Shown in pieces: positions 33,121 through 41,900 of a stretch of DNA of 41,900 nt. Made by a program: the position numbers and the translations under genes. How positions within the stretch are numbered: the stretch's first letter is position 1; every line of letters begins with the position of its first letter. The DNA is from Candidatus Bathyarchaeum sp. (GTDB lineage: Archaea > Thermoproteota > Bathyarchaeia > Bathyarchaeales > Bathyarchaeaceae): positions 1-41,900 of the forward strand of contig JAOZIF010000165.1 in NCBI GenBank assembly GCA_026014495.1, written 5' to 3'. The notes under the pieces are model-generated. The model searched no databases. It worked only from the letters and a program-made list of their open reading frames with translations, and had not been told where the DNA came from.

Positions 33121-35211
33121 TTATAACAGAGAATTTAGGACATCTTGTTCGTGGGACGGTCTATTCAATGCTACATCCTCAATGTACGCCCGCAAAGGCT
33201 CTGCTACGCTCCAAGCCTGAGAAATACAGCCTCTGGAATAGTGAGGCGCATTTCCATCAAATATTTCACTGATTGTACCTAACCCAGCATTATACAACTG
33301 CACATTGAAAAGTGGCTGCAAAAAGTTCTTCAAAGCAAAGTTTCGCCAGTATTCTTCATGACTTTTTGTTTTCAAAAAAGCTGTGATAAAGGGACCTAAA
33401 AGCCACGCCCAGACAGTGCCGTTGTGATATGCGCTATCGCGGTGCCCCCAGTTGCCAAGATATGTTCCGATATATCTTGAGTCAGTTTCAGGAATCGTTT
33501 TTAGTCCATATTTGCCCCACAGGTTTTTCCAGACCGCTTCAACGACCAACTCCATTTTTGGGCTGTCAATTACTGGAAAGTCTAATGATGCGGCAATCAA
33601 CTGGTTTGGGCGCAACGTTGAGTCAGCTCCATCCTTATTGAGTACGTCATAGAGGTACCCGTTTTTGTCGTTCCAAAACTTTTTTACAAAACTCTCTTTA
33701 GCTGTTTGAGCCATTCTGGAATATGTTTGTGTTTTGTCCGTTTGATTGAAGCGCGTTGCTAGAAGCTGCATTGTTTTTAGCGCATTATACCACAGGGCTT
33801 GAATTTCCACTGCCTTACCGTTTCTAGGTGTAACAAAACGGTCAATTGTTGTGGCGTCCATCCAAGTAAGCTGTGGACCATGAGCAATCAAACCGTCATC
33901 GTCCATGTGAATACCAAAAATGGTTCCCTGAACATGATAGTCCATTATTTCATTCAAGGTGTTCCACAGTTTTTCTTGAACAAACCTAAAGTCTCCAGTG
34001 TACTTGAGGTACTGAAGAACAGCATTAAAGAACCACAAAGTAGCGTCCACAGTATTATAGAGCGGGATGTCTCCAGCCTTGTCTGAAAAACGATTAGGTA
34101 TGATTCCGTTACTACAATAGCGCTCAAAAGTCAACAAAATCTCTTGTGCATCAGCAAACCTTCCAGTTACAAGAGTCAACCCAGACAAAGAAATAAGCGA
34201 ATCCCGTCCCCAATCATCAAACCAGTGATACCCCGCAAGCACTGACTTTGTTCCACTTGAAGCCCTCGATACAATAAATGAATCTGCTGCTTGAAGTAGC
34301 CACTTTAGCCAGTCTTCAAGTTCCAAGCCAGCATTGTGTTCTTGAAACTGCTTCAACAGTTTTTTCCGTCGCTCTAGCTCCCCAACATATAATCTGTCAA
34401 TATCTTCTAGTTCTGTACCAAAAGACGAAAATAGGCTCTGGGCTTCTGTGTTGTTCTTTGCAGCCACTGCAAGAACATAGAATTTTTTTGTTTCTTTAGG
34501 ATTTATAGAGACTTTAAAGAATCCGGGTCTAAAATTGTCGTCGATGCTGTTTTCGCTTCGGGAGGCATCAACCCTGAAAAATAGTTTCTCTATCCACCAG
34601 CTCTCATCCACAAATGAGGCATTGCTACTTGATGACAGAATCAGGGATGAAAGCGAGTCCGAGGGCTCGATTGTTATTGCGTCTTTGTGGCGTTTTTTGA
34701 TGAAAGTCCAGTCTATTTTGTTTTTGTCTGTTGTGTTGTAGATGTGCCGTGAATTGACAAGAGGTGAAACATTAAACGAAACTTTTTCTTCCAAAGGATT
34801 GTTGACTTTGTATATTACTGCTGTTGCGTTCTTCATGTAAGGCATAAAGATTGTTTTCTTGACGCTAACACCCTTAACATCATATCTAAATGTGGGAAAT
34901 GGGGTTACACTAAATTCTGAAAGAAAATTGTAGCCTTTAGGATGCATGACATCAATGAACTCGTTTGAGCCTAAATCGTAGCTTTCATTTCTTATTTGCA
35001 GGGTCTCATCAAGTTTTGTTAATAGCACCCACCGGTTCACAGGTGGATTGAAGGCTGCAACAAGCAGACCATGATATTTTCGTGTGTTGATTCCCAAAAC
35101 GGTCGATGAAGCGTAGCCGCCTAGTCCGTTAGTTACAAGCCACTCTTTACGTAGAGCCTCGTTAACGTCAGATAGAACGTCTTGCCCAAGACATATTTTG
35201 GGTAAACCCAA
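33121..35211 (-). CDS. Glycogen debranching enzyme (amylo-alpha-1,6-glucosidase, archaeal type)
   Basis: EWLVTNGLGGYASST, YHGLL, AGYHWFDDWGRD, LTWMDA, VEIQALWY, YHNGTVWAW, QAWSVAE. Confidence 0.92.
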   Translation of the reverse strand: MGLPKICLGQDVLSDVNEALRKEWLVTNGLGGYASSTVLGINTRKYHGLLVAAFNPPVNRWVLLTKLDETLQIRNESYDLGSNEFIDVMHPKGYNFLSEFSVTPFPTFRYDVKGVSVKKTIFMPYMKNATAVIYKVNNPLEEKVSFNVSPLVNSRHIYNTTDKNKIDWTFIKKRHKDAITIEPSDSLSSLILSSSSNASFVDESWWIEKLFFRVDASRSENSIDDNFRPGFFKVSINPKETKKFYVLAVAAKNNTEAQSLFSSFGTELEDIDRLYVGELERRKKLLKQFQEHNAGLELEDWLKWLLQAADSFIVSRASSGTKSVLAGYHWFDDWGRDSLISLSGLTLVTGRFADAQEILLTFERYCSNGIIPNRFSDKAGDIPLYNTVDATLWFFNAVLQYLKYTGDFRFVQEKLWNTLNEIMDYHVQGTIFGIHMDDDGLIAHGPQLTWMDATTIDRFVTPRNGKAVEIQALWYNALKTMQLLATRFNQTDKTQTYSRMAQTAKESFVKKFWNDKNGYLYDVLNKDGADSTLRPNQLIAASLDFPVIDSPKMELVVEAVWKNLWGKYGLKTIPETDSRYIGTYLGNWGHRDSAYHNGTVWAWLLGPFITAFLKTKSHEEYWRNFALKNFLQPLFNVQLYNAGLGTISEIFDGNAPHYSRGCISQAWSVAEPLRAYIEDVALNRPSHEQDVLNSLL

Positions 35212-35233
35212 GTTAGTGACCTGCCTGCCAGTT

Positions 35234-36109
35234 CTAATGCAAGAGCTTAGCTATGTTCTTTCCTGTATCCACGCCAAAATGAGTTGCTACGGTACTACAT
35301 TTGCTCCGCAACAGTAAAGCATGAGGTACTGGAAGCTTAACTTCTGTAAGAGTTTCAGCGTGACCCATTCCTTTAGCAACCACAAAATCTACTGAACGAT
35401 AAAGCTCAAGAAACTCGTCAGAACAGTCTTTGGGAAACAAACCAACAAAGTCTGAGCCAGTGGACATTACCTTGTCTGCTATTTTGTCCATTCCAACAAC
35501 TTTTGCGTCCTCCAACAGGGCATCATTAAGGATTGGACCCTCCTTAACGGCTACAGTAACATGGGCACCAAGATTTTTTAGTTCAGCAACAAGCAACATG
35601 TCAAGGGCGATTTCTCCAGCGTTATCAGTTAAGTAAAGAACATTTTTTGCATTCTTTGCTTTGTCAAATATTTGCGAAATCTCATCGATTGCCAAGTCGG
35701 TTTCTGCTTGCTTGATGAGATTCTCAAGGTCCTCGAATTTGAAGGGATTATCGGGCAAATCAAATTCCATTATGTTGCCCACAATAGCAGAAAGACAGGC
35801 CTTTCTAAAGCGAATCTGCGGTGAAGATTCCTTCAAAACAATGCTCTGAGCAAGAGGTAAAACTTCCAGGGCCTTTTGGTTACTAAGCTCTTTCTTTTGC
35901 TTGTAAGGGTCTCCTGTTAGTTCACGTATCAGTTTGTCCCGTTTTGTTCCTAAATAGGCAGGATTTGCTGTTGGCTTGAATTCTTCAGATAAGAACCTCA
36001 GAATTGTGGATAACGTTTTAAATTGCAGAACCTTGTCCTCTGTTGCTTCTTGGATCTGAAGGTAACCACGATTAAGAATGCATGAAATACATCTAAGTTC
36101 AACGTTCAA
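35234..36109 (-). CDS. ARMT1/DUF89 damage-control phosphatase
   Basis: RCISC, DPYKQKK, VGNIME, TDNAGEI, NDA, KGMGHAET. Confidence 0.85.
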   Translation of the reverse strand: MNVELRCISCILNRGYLQIQEATEDKVLQFKTLSTILRFLSEEFKPTANPAYLGTKRDKLIRELTGDPYKQKKELSNQKALEVLPLAQSIVLKESSPQIRFRKACLSAIVGNIMEFDLPDNPFKFEDLENLIKQAETDLAIDEISQIFDKAKNAKNVLYLTDNAGEIALDMLLVAELKNLGAHVTVAVKEGPILNDALLEDAKVVGMDKIADKVMSTGSDFVGLFPKDCSDEFLELYRSVDFVVAKGMGHAETLTEVKLPVPHALLLRSKCSTVATHFGVDTGKNIAKLLH

Positions 36110-36229
36110 TATTCCGAATCACCTAACCAACATTTTGCTGCAATCCTACACGGATACAGGTAACCGATTGATTGCTTAAACGAACAAGGAACCCAGAACA
36201 GAAAATATAAACATTGTCAAAAGATGTTT

Positions 36230-36925
<696 letters not shown>

Positions 36926-37011
36926 TCAACCGCTTAATGCTACTCATCAGGAACTTAAAGTTTTAGCCTTTTATTCAGAATTCAACAGGGACATTTTGCT
37001 CAATTTTATCA

Positions 37012-38373
37012 TTAGTAAGGCGGTCGCCCGGTAGTTGTAAGATTGACTGAAGAGATTTCGCCTGACCTCCAGACGGTCAAAGTGACAGTTTGTCCAGCTG
37101 AAACTTCAAGTTCCATGTATTCAGTCCAGTCTTCTAGGCTAAGAGTGGGATGACCATCAACAGCCAAAATGATGTCTACTGCAGTATAATTGAAGGACCC
37201 GTCATGAGAAGTAGAGCTTATAGCAGGCATTAAACCTGCTGCTTCGGCTGGATAACCTGACATTACACCCAAAACTAGAAGCCCAGTTTGGTAAGAATCG
37301 ACGTTAACAATGTTTAAGGCAGTTATAACATCGGGAGTCAGTGTAATTATGTAAATACCTACAAAAGGATGTGTGTAGTTTCCTTCTGCTAGAAGGGAAG
37401 GAACCACCCGTTTCAAGATGGATACGGGAACCGCAAAATTGAAGCCTACGTCTGTGCCCGCGTTTGTTATACCGATAACATTCCCAGAAAGATCAAGTAA
37501 AGGTCCACCTGAACTACCGGCGGCAGTAGTTAAGTCCAATTGTAGTACAGGCACAATTAGGGGGTCAAGGTAAATTAGCCTGTTGACTTGACTTATGTAA
37601 CCAACAGAAAGACTGTCTGTAAATCCAAGAGGATTACCTATTGCTACTGCTTGCTGTCCAATGTCAACAGATTCATCACTAAAAGTCAATGGCTCAGCTT
37701 CATCAGGAGCCAAAGATACTTCTAAAACTGCAACATCAGAGTAAGCGTCAGCGCCTATCAGTGTTGCTTGTGTTCTTGTTCCGTCAAAGAACTCGATTTC
37801 TATATCTGTTTCGGTTGTAACTACGTGATAATTAGTGATTATTGTGTTTTTGTTTTCAAACAGGAAACCTGAACCCTGTCCCAGCGGAGTTGTAATCACT
37901 ACAACTGACTTGTAAGCATCAGCGTAGACTTGCTCGGGGGTCTGACTGAGCATTTGATCAATCATTAGTTCTAGATTTGAAAGATCAGACACAATACCTT
38001 CTAGTGTGGTCTCGATTTCATCCAAGACTACAGATGTACTCTGGTTGAGCGCACTTATTTGGTTGGCCATATTTGACAGGGTTACTGTAACCGCTTCGAG
38101 GTCGTCTTTTGTATCATTTAAACCGACTTGTAGTTCACTAATCTGCTCTTCGTGTGTGTTAAGTGTGTCTAGGGCAGTTTGCAGTTCAGTAAGCTGTTGT
38201 TCATTTTCAGTCAGGGTGTTTTGTAGTTCGATAAGTTGTTCATTTTGAGCATTAAGTTGTTCGTGAACCTGAATGCTATCAAGCAACAAGTAAGTATTAA
38301 AAGCCGAAAACACAATAGCGACAACGGCTATCACAGCCACTAGCTTCAATGTTTTATTAGACATAAACTCCAA
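37012..38373 (-). CDS. HtrA/DegP-like serine protease with N-terminal anchor, coiled-coil stalk and PDZ domain
   Basis: TNYHVV, SDVAV, GSSGGPL triad; heptad region at about aa 30-140; C-terminal PDZ-like domain. Confidence 0.88.
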   Translation of the reverse strand: MEFMSNKTLKLVAVIAVVAIVFSAFNTYLLLDSIQVHEQLNAQNEQLIELQNTLTENEQQLTELQTALDTLNTHEEQISELQVGLNDTKDDLEAVTVTLSNMANQISALNQSTSVVLDEIETTLEGIVSDLSNLELMIDQMLSQTPEQVYADAYKSVVVITTPLGQGSGFLFENKNTIITNYHVVTTETDIEIEFFDGTRTQATLIGADAYSDVAVLEVSLAPDEAEPLTFSDESVDIGQQAVAIGNPLGFTDSLSVGYISQVNRLIYLDPLIVPVLQLDLTTAAGSSGGPLLDLSGNVIGITNAGTDVGFNFAVPVSILKRVVPSLLAEGNYTHPFVGIYIITLTPDVITALNIVNVDSYQTGLLVLGVMSGYPAEAAGLMPAISSTSHDGSFNYTAVDIILAVDGHPTLSLEDWTEYMELEVSAGQTVTLTVWRSGEISSVNLTTTGRPPY

Positions 38374-38470
38374 TAACCCTAAATTGGTATTAAGAGTTTT
38401 GTAGTATCACCCAAAGCGTTGATAACTTCAAAACACCAGAATCGCCACTGCTTATTTAATTATCATCTGG

Positions 38471-39220
38471 CTAGAATTGTCTTATTTTCATGGCTATTTT
38501 TGATAATGACTGAGTGATAGGGTGTTCTTTCTTTTCAAAAGCGAAAAGATACTCTCCTCCTGATTGAAGGACATCACAAGAACATGGAATAAGGTCAATT
38601 ATAGGTAAATTATGTGTATCGAGTTTGATGTGTGTTCGTCCTGACAGGATTGTTTGGGGAACTTTGTTAACTACAATTCCTGTCTTTTTTTCATAAAGGT
38701 CATAGAGGTCACGTATCATTCGTTGTGTTCCATCTACATCCGATTTATCCACTGAAGTCACCACCAACACTACATCCGCTATGACAATTGCGTTAATTGA
38801 AGAATACTGAAGCCCTGGACTAGAATCACATACTACATAATCGAAATTCATGTCAGTTAGCAGATGTTCTTTAAGCGAAAGAAGCCGTCCAAGAGCCTCC
38901 ATCTCCCATTTTCGGTCCTTAGAAGACATATCCCGAATGGCTTCTGTGGAAGGGTTAGCCAAACCAACAAACAAGTGTCCATCTTTTATGTATTGAGGAG
39001 TACATTCTGACAAAATGTTCTCTGCCTTGCAGGATTTATTCAAGTAATTATTGATCCAGCAGTTGGTAGTGTTATTGAATGTTGAACTGAGGCTAGGAGC
39101 ACGAAGATCCAAATCCAACAAGCAGACTTTTTTGCCGAGGTTAGCAAAAGTCATGGCTAAATTAACGGATAGCAGTGTCTTGCCAGTTCCGCCTTTGTAT
39201 GAGTGAAGCGTTACGATCAA
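38471..39220 (-). CDS. MinD/ParA-family ATPase
   Basis: Deviant Walker A KGGTGKT, DLDLRAP, CDSSPG, NKVP. Confidence 0.88.
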   Translation of the reverse strand: MIVTLHSYKGGTGKTLLSVNLAMTFANLGKKVCLLDLDLRAPSLSSTFNNTTNCWINNYLNKSCKAENILSECTPQYIKDGHLFVGLANPSTEAIRDMSSKDRKWEMEALGRLLSLKEHLLTDMNFDYVVCDSSPGLQYSSINAIVIADVVLVVTSVDKSDVDGTQRMIRDLYDLYEKKTGIVVNKVPQTILSGRTHIKLDTHNLPIIDLIPCSCDVLQSGGEYLFAFEKKEHPITQSLSKIAMKIRQF

Positions 39221-39322
39221 GGATCGGTTAACTCCTCATGTTTGTTGTGGGGTCTGGATACCAAGTCGTATCTAACTCCATTAGATATCTTTTCTTCCTG
39301 CTTAATATATGAGATATGTCAG

Positions 39323-39337
39323 TGTCTGAATCAGACA
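39323..39337. promoter_or_regulatory. 15-bp palindrome in the MinD/nreA divergent region
   Basis: TGTCTGA-A-TCAGACA, next to the AT-rich TTAATATAT at 39302-39310. Confidence 0.4.
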
Positions 39338-39467
39338 TACAGATTCAGTTAGAGAGAAGATAACAAAATTTGATACCCAAACTGTTAACCTGGAAAATTT
39401 GGGGATAATAGAAAAATCTTTCTAACGTAGTTAACAAGTTAGTGTCTGAGCTTTCGGCGGAGTAAAG

Positions 39468-40859
39468 ATGAGGCGAGTAACTGGAGGAAAAAGAAACGCC
39501 AAGGTTATAGGGCAAGTAAAAAAACAAAAGCCCGTTTCAAACGATAACCAGTGGGTTAGGCAACTTCTAGATGACCCCAGCCTCGCTGCAGACATGAACT
39601 ACAACAAAAATCAGTTAGTGACCAAAACTAAAGCAAATAGTCTATGCGTAGCCTGTAAAGGCGGCAAGTTTCTGTGCGGCAAAACCAGATGCCCGCTCGT
39701 TGTTAGGTTCAACTCTTACTTTAGGTCAGCTACTCTTTTACAAGGCACTGATTTAGATGGAGCATGTCCGCCAGGAGTCTTTGTGGGCAGGATTGGTTAC
39801 CCTCACGTTTATGCTGGACCTCTTGTTCCGCCTATTCATGAGGATACAAGCAGTTACGATGAGCCTGAATCGTGGTTTGGAAAGTCAATAGATGAAATTG
39901 TGGGTTTTCGTTCCTTGCTTGTGCGAGGTAAACATAGGGTTCATGTGAAAAAGTTTGAGGATTCAGGGAAAATCATGGATCAAACAATTGATTTAGCATT
40001 GTCAGTTAGCCCTGTTGATGTTGAGTTGTCCCTCAAGAAGAAGCCTGCCGCCGCACTTGTTCTTGATGACCAAATTCAGCCTTTTGGACCCTCTGCGCCA
40101 CTAAAGAAGATGAGAGTGTCGAATTCTCGGTGGGATAAGCACATTCAGAAGGCTTACTTTGATGATGACTTGAATGCCTCTGAGGCTGTTACATCTCTGT
40201 TTCAGGATGGAACTTTAGTTACGAAGATTCAACGTGCCTTTAGTGTTGGCGCCTTTGGATTAAAGAAACAAAGACGGCTGGTTCCAACTCGCTGGAGCAT
40301 AACAGCAGTGGACAGCATTATCTCAAAAGGCATGATGGAAAAAATCAAAACATTTCCTGAAATCAATGAGTACCGGGTCTACGAGTCCAACTATTTAGAT
40401 AACAGATTTGAGATTTTGATGATGCCCAGAGAGTGGGGCTACGAAGCTATGGAAGCATGGTATCCAGGCACAATTTGGAATCCGAGCAGCACAGATGTTG
40501 TCCTGTTTTCTGATTGGGAAGGCTTTGATGGTCGAACCACGTATGCCAGCATTGGAGGATGTTATTATGCGGCTCGTTTAGCGGTTGGCGAATTACTCAT
40601 TAAGGAAAGAAGACAAGCGTCTGTGATTGTTTTAAGGGAGGCACATCCTGGGTACATCATGCCTGTTGGGGTGTGGCAGGTAAGGGAGAACGTACGAAAT
40701 GCTTTGCATCAAAAACCACTAAAATATAACACCTTAAAAGAGGCGTTAGCCCGAATTGGCAATCAGTTCCAGATTCCAATCAAACAGTGGATAGATAAAA
40801 GCAGCCTGTTACAAAATGCACTGTTCCAGAAGAGAATCACAGACTATTTACGTAAATAG
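39468..40859 (+). CDS. nreA: Nre-family DNA repair protein (PCNA-interacting)
   Basis: CVACKGGKFLCGKTRCP, FVGRIGYP, LVPTRWSITAVD, GGCYYA, GVWQVRE, C-terminal PIP box QKRITDYL. Confidence 0.92.
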   Translation: MRRVTGGKRNAKVIGQVKKQKPVSNDNQWVRQLLDDPSLAADMNYNKNQLVTKTKANSLCVACKGGKFLCGKTRCPLVVRFNSYFRSATLLQGTDLDGACPPGVFVGRIGYPHVYAGPLVPPIHEDTSSYDEPESWFGKSIDEIVGFRSLLVRGKHRVHVKKFEDSGKIMDQTIDLALSVSPVDVELSLKKKPAAALVLDDQIQPFGPSAPLKKMRVSNSRWDKHIQKAYFDDDLNASEAVTSLFQDGTLVTKIQRAFSVGAFGLKKQRRLVPTRWSITAVDSIISKGMMEKIKTFPEINEYRVYESNYLDNRFEILMMPREWGYEAMEAWYPGTIWNPSSTDVVLFSDWEGFDGRTTYASIGGCYYAARLAVGELLIKERRQASVIVLREAHPGYIMPVGVWQVRENVRNALHQKPLKYNTLKEALARIGNQFQIPIKQWIDKSSLLQNALFQKRITDYLRK

Positions 40860-40961
40860 ACATAGTAATTGAATTTTTGTGATAACTCGAAAAATATTGT
40901 TACAGAAAAAACGGATAACCTTGAAATGATGAGTAGGTAATATATCACAGGGATAACAGAT

Positions 40962-41156
40962 ATGGATAAAATTGCGGACAAAAACTTTTTTTCGTTTAGG
41001 ATGTTTCTCATTATATTCTATTGGATTATTGGCACAATAATTATGATTTTGAGCGTATATGCTGATGTCAATGTTTTTTGGGGTTTAGCTGTTATTGCCG
41101 CTGGGACTATCTTGCTAATTGCCGACCTGCTTACTAAGCATAATAATAGCAGATAA
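40962..41156 (+). CDS. Small two-TM membrane protein
   Basis: 64 aa with two hydrophobic segments. Confidence 0.5.
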   Translation: MDKIADKNFFSFRMFLIIFYWIIGTIIMILSVYADVNVFWGLAVIAAGTILLIADLLTKHNNSR

Positions 41157-41297
41157 ATCAATTACTTTGTCAAAGAAATGGACTAGTTTACTAGTTTGGT
41201 TTAGTTTCACTCTTCTCTCCACTAGTTTTGATGTTGATTGGACCTTAGATTTATCTGCACTTCCAGACAAAGCATGCTAACCGCGGGAGGAATTAAA

Positions 41298-41414
41298 GTG
41301 GAGAACTTAGAATACAAACAGTTGATAATTAGGCGCTTAACTCACATTCAAAACCTTGCAAAACAAAAAAAATTCTCTGAAATCGAGTCTCTAATAAACA
41401 GTAATTACGTATAA
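41298..41414 (+). CDS. Possible 38-aa small protein (not in ORF track)
   Basis: GGAGG RBS 7 nt before GTG; MENLEYKQLIIRRLTHIQNLAKQKKFSEIESLINSNYV. Confidence 0.35.
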   Translation: MENLEYKQLIIRRLTHIQNLAKQKKFSEIESLINSNYV

Positions 41415-41579
41415 AGAGAATGCAGGTTAGGGTTACAGAAACACCAGATAAAAATTGCAATTAAATTTTTGTTTAAGTATGATGACGTTTCGGTCAAGGT
41501 TATATTAATTTTGTTTTGTGCATAAAATAGCTGAAAAGACTCAGGCATGGAAAATAAAAATAACAAAAGCAAAAAGGCG

Positions 41580-41638
41580 GCTGTTTGTCTTTTTCATTTT
41601 TTCTCCTCTTTTCGCCCGTGCAGGAGCCTCAGCAAACC
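41580..41638 (-). repeat. Dispersed repeat C, copy 2
   Basis: Minus strand GGTTTGCTGAGGCTCCT...GAGGAG-AAAAA-ATG AAA AAG ACA. Confidence 0.65.
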
Positions 41639-41745
41639 TCTTTATTGTATGTAACTATAAAAAAAGTTAACTGAACGTTTTTCAGTTTGGGGTTCCAAAA
41701 TGGTTATTCAAAACGCAAAAATGCGGTTATTCACATGTTAGTTAA

Positions 41746-41802
41746 GCATATTAGGAGACTAATAGAGGTATATTGTTGAAAACTAGCTTTTTTTCTGAAA
41801 AA
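41746..41802 (+). repeat. Dispersed hairpin repeat A, copy 5
   Basis: GCATATTAGGAGACTAATAGAGGTATATTGTTGAAAACTAGCTTTTTTTCTGAAAAA. Confidence 0.8.
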
Positions 41803-41846
41803 ACCAAACAACAGAACAAAGAACACATACACTAACTTTTTGTGAA

Positions 41847-41900
41847 TGGTGGGGTCGCCCGGATTTGAACCGGAGTCCCGAGAGTCCAAGTCTCAGAGCC
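41847..41900 (-). tRNA. tRNA, probably Pro(TGG), 3' part (5' end outside window)
   Basis: Minus strand TGAGA-CTTGGAC-TCTCG anticodon arm, TCCGG-TTCAAAT-CCGGG T arm, CGACCCC-A-CCA end. Confidence 0.8.

Noticed and set aside
37012-38373. Inactive HtrA because GNSGG reads GSSGG
   Set aside because: His, Asp and the nucleophilic Ser are all present.
39228-39281. 17-codon upstream ORF before the MinD/ParA gene
   Set aside because: Too short, with no RBS or compositional signal; expected by chance.

Overview
Archaeal chromosomal segment, very probably from Bathyarchaeia. This is inferred from pantoate kinase, Nre, TrmB, DUF5752 fusions, PQQ-type propeller and PEF-CTERM surface proteins. It is bounded by a partial tRNA-Leu(TAG) at the left end and a partial tRNA, probably Pro(TGG), at the right end. 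Core genes cover CoA synthesis (ECF S component, pok, coaD), redox and stress functions (FTR-rubredoxin plus glutaredoxin, NifU-like, hcp-ArsR-cupin), an ABC-2 exporter, a glycogen cluster (phosphorylase, GH57, debranching enzyme), tpiA, an HtrA-like protease, MinD/ParA and nreA. The main find is a previously unmarked 4,049-bp IS6-family unit transposon (10950-14998) with perfect 23-bp terminal inverted repeats. It carries a divergent cargo operon: DUF2080/AbrB-like, then a Panacea(SocA)-like/UPF0175 fusion antitoxin, a PIN toxin and a 400-aa TGT-fold-like protein. This is a candidate new mobile toxin-antitoxin/defence system. The element also has RHH and other small passenger genes missed by the ORF track, and three palindromic operators. 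Other signals: a five-copy REP-like double-hairpin repeat, two further dispersed repeat families, several decayed PEF-CTERM surface-protein genes, a degenerate histidine kinase, a YHS-phosphorylase fusion and a duplicated tRNA 3' end. All family assignments come from motif recognition by eye; no searches were run.
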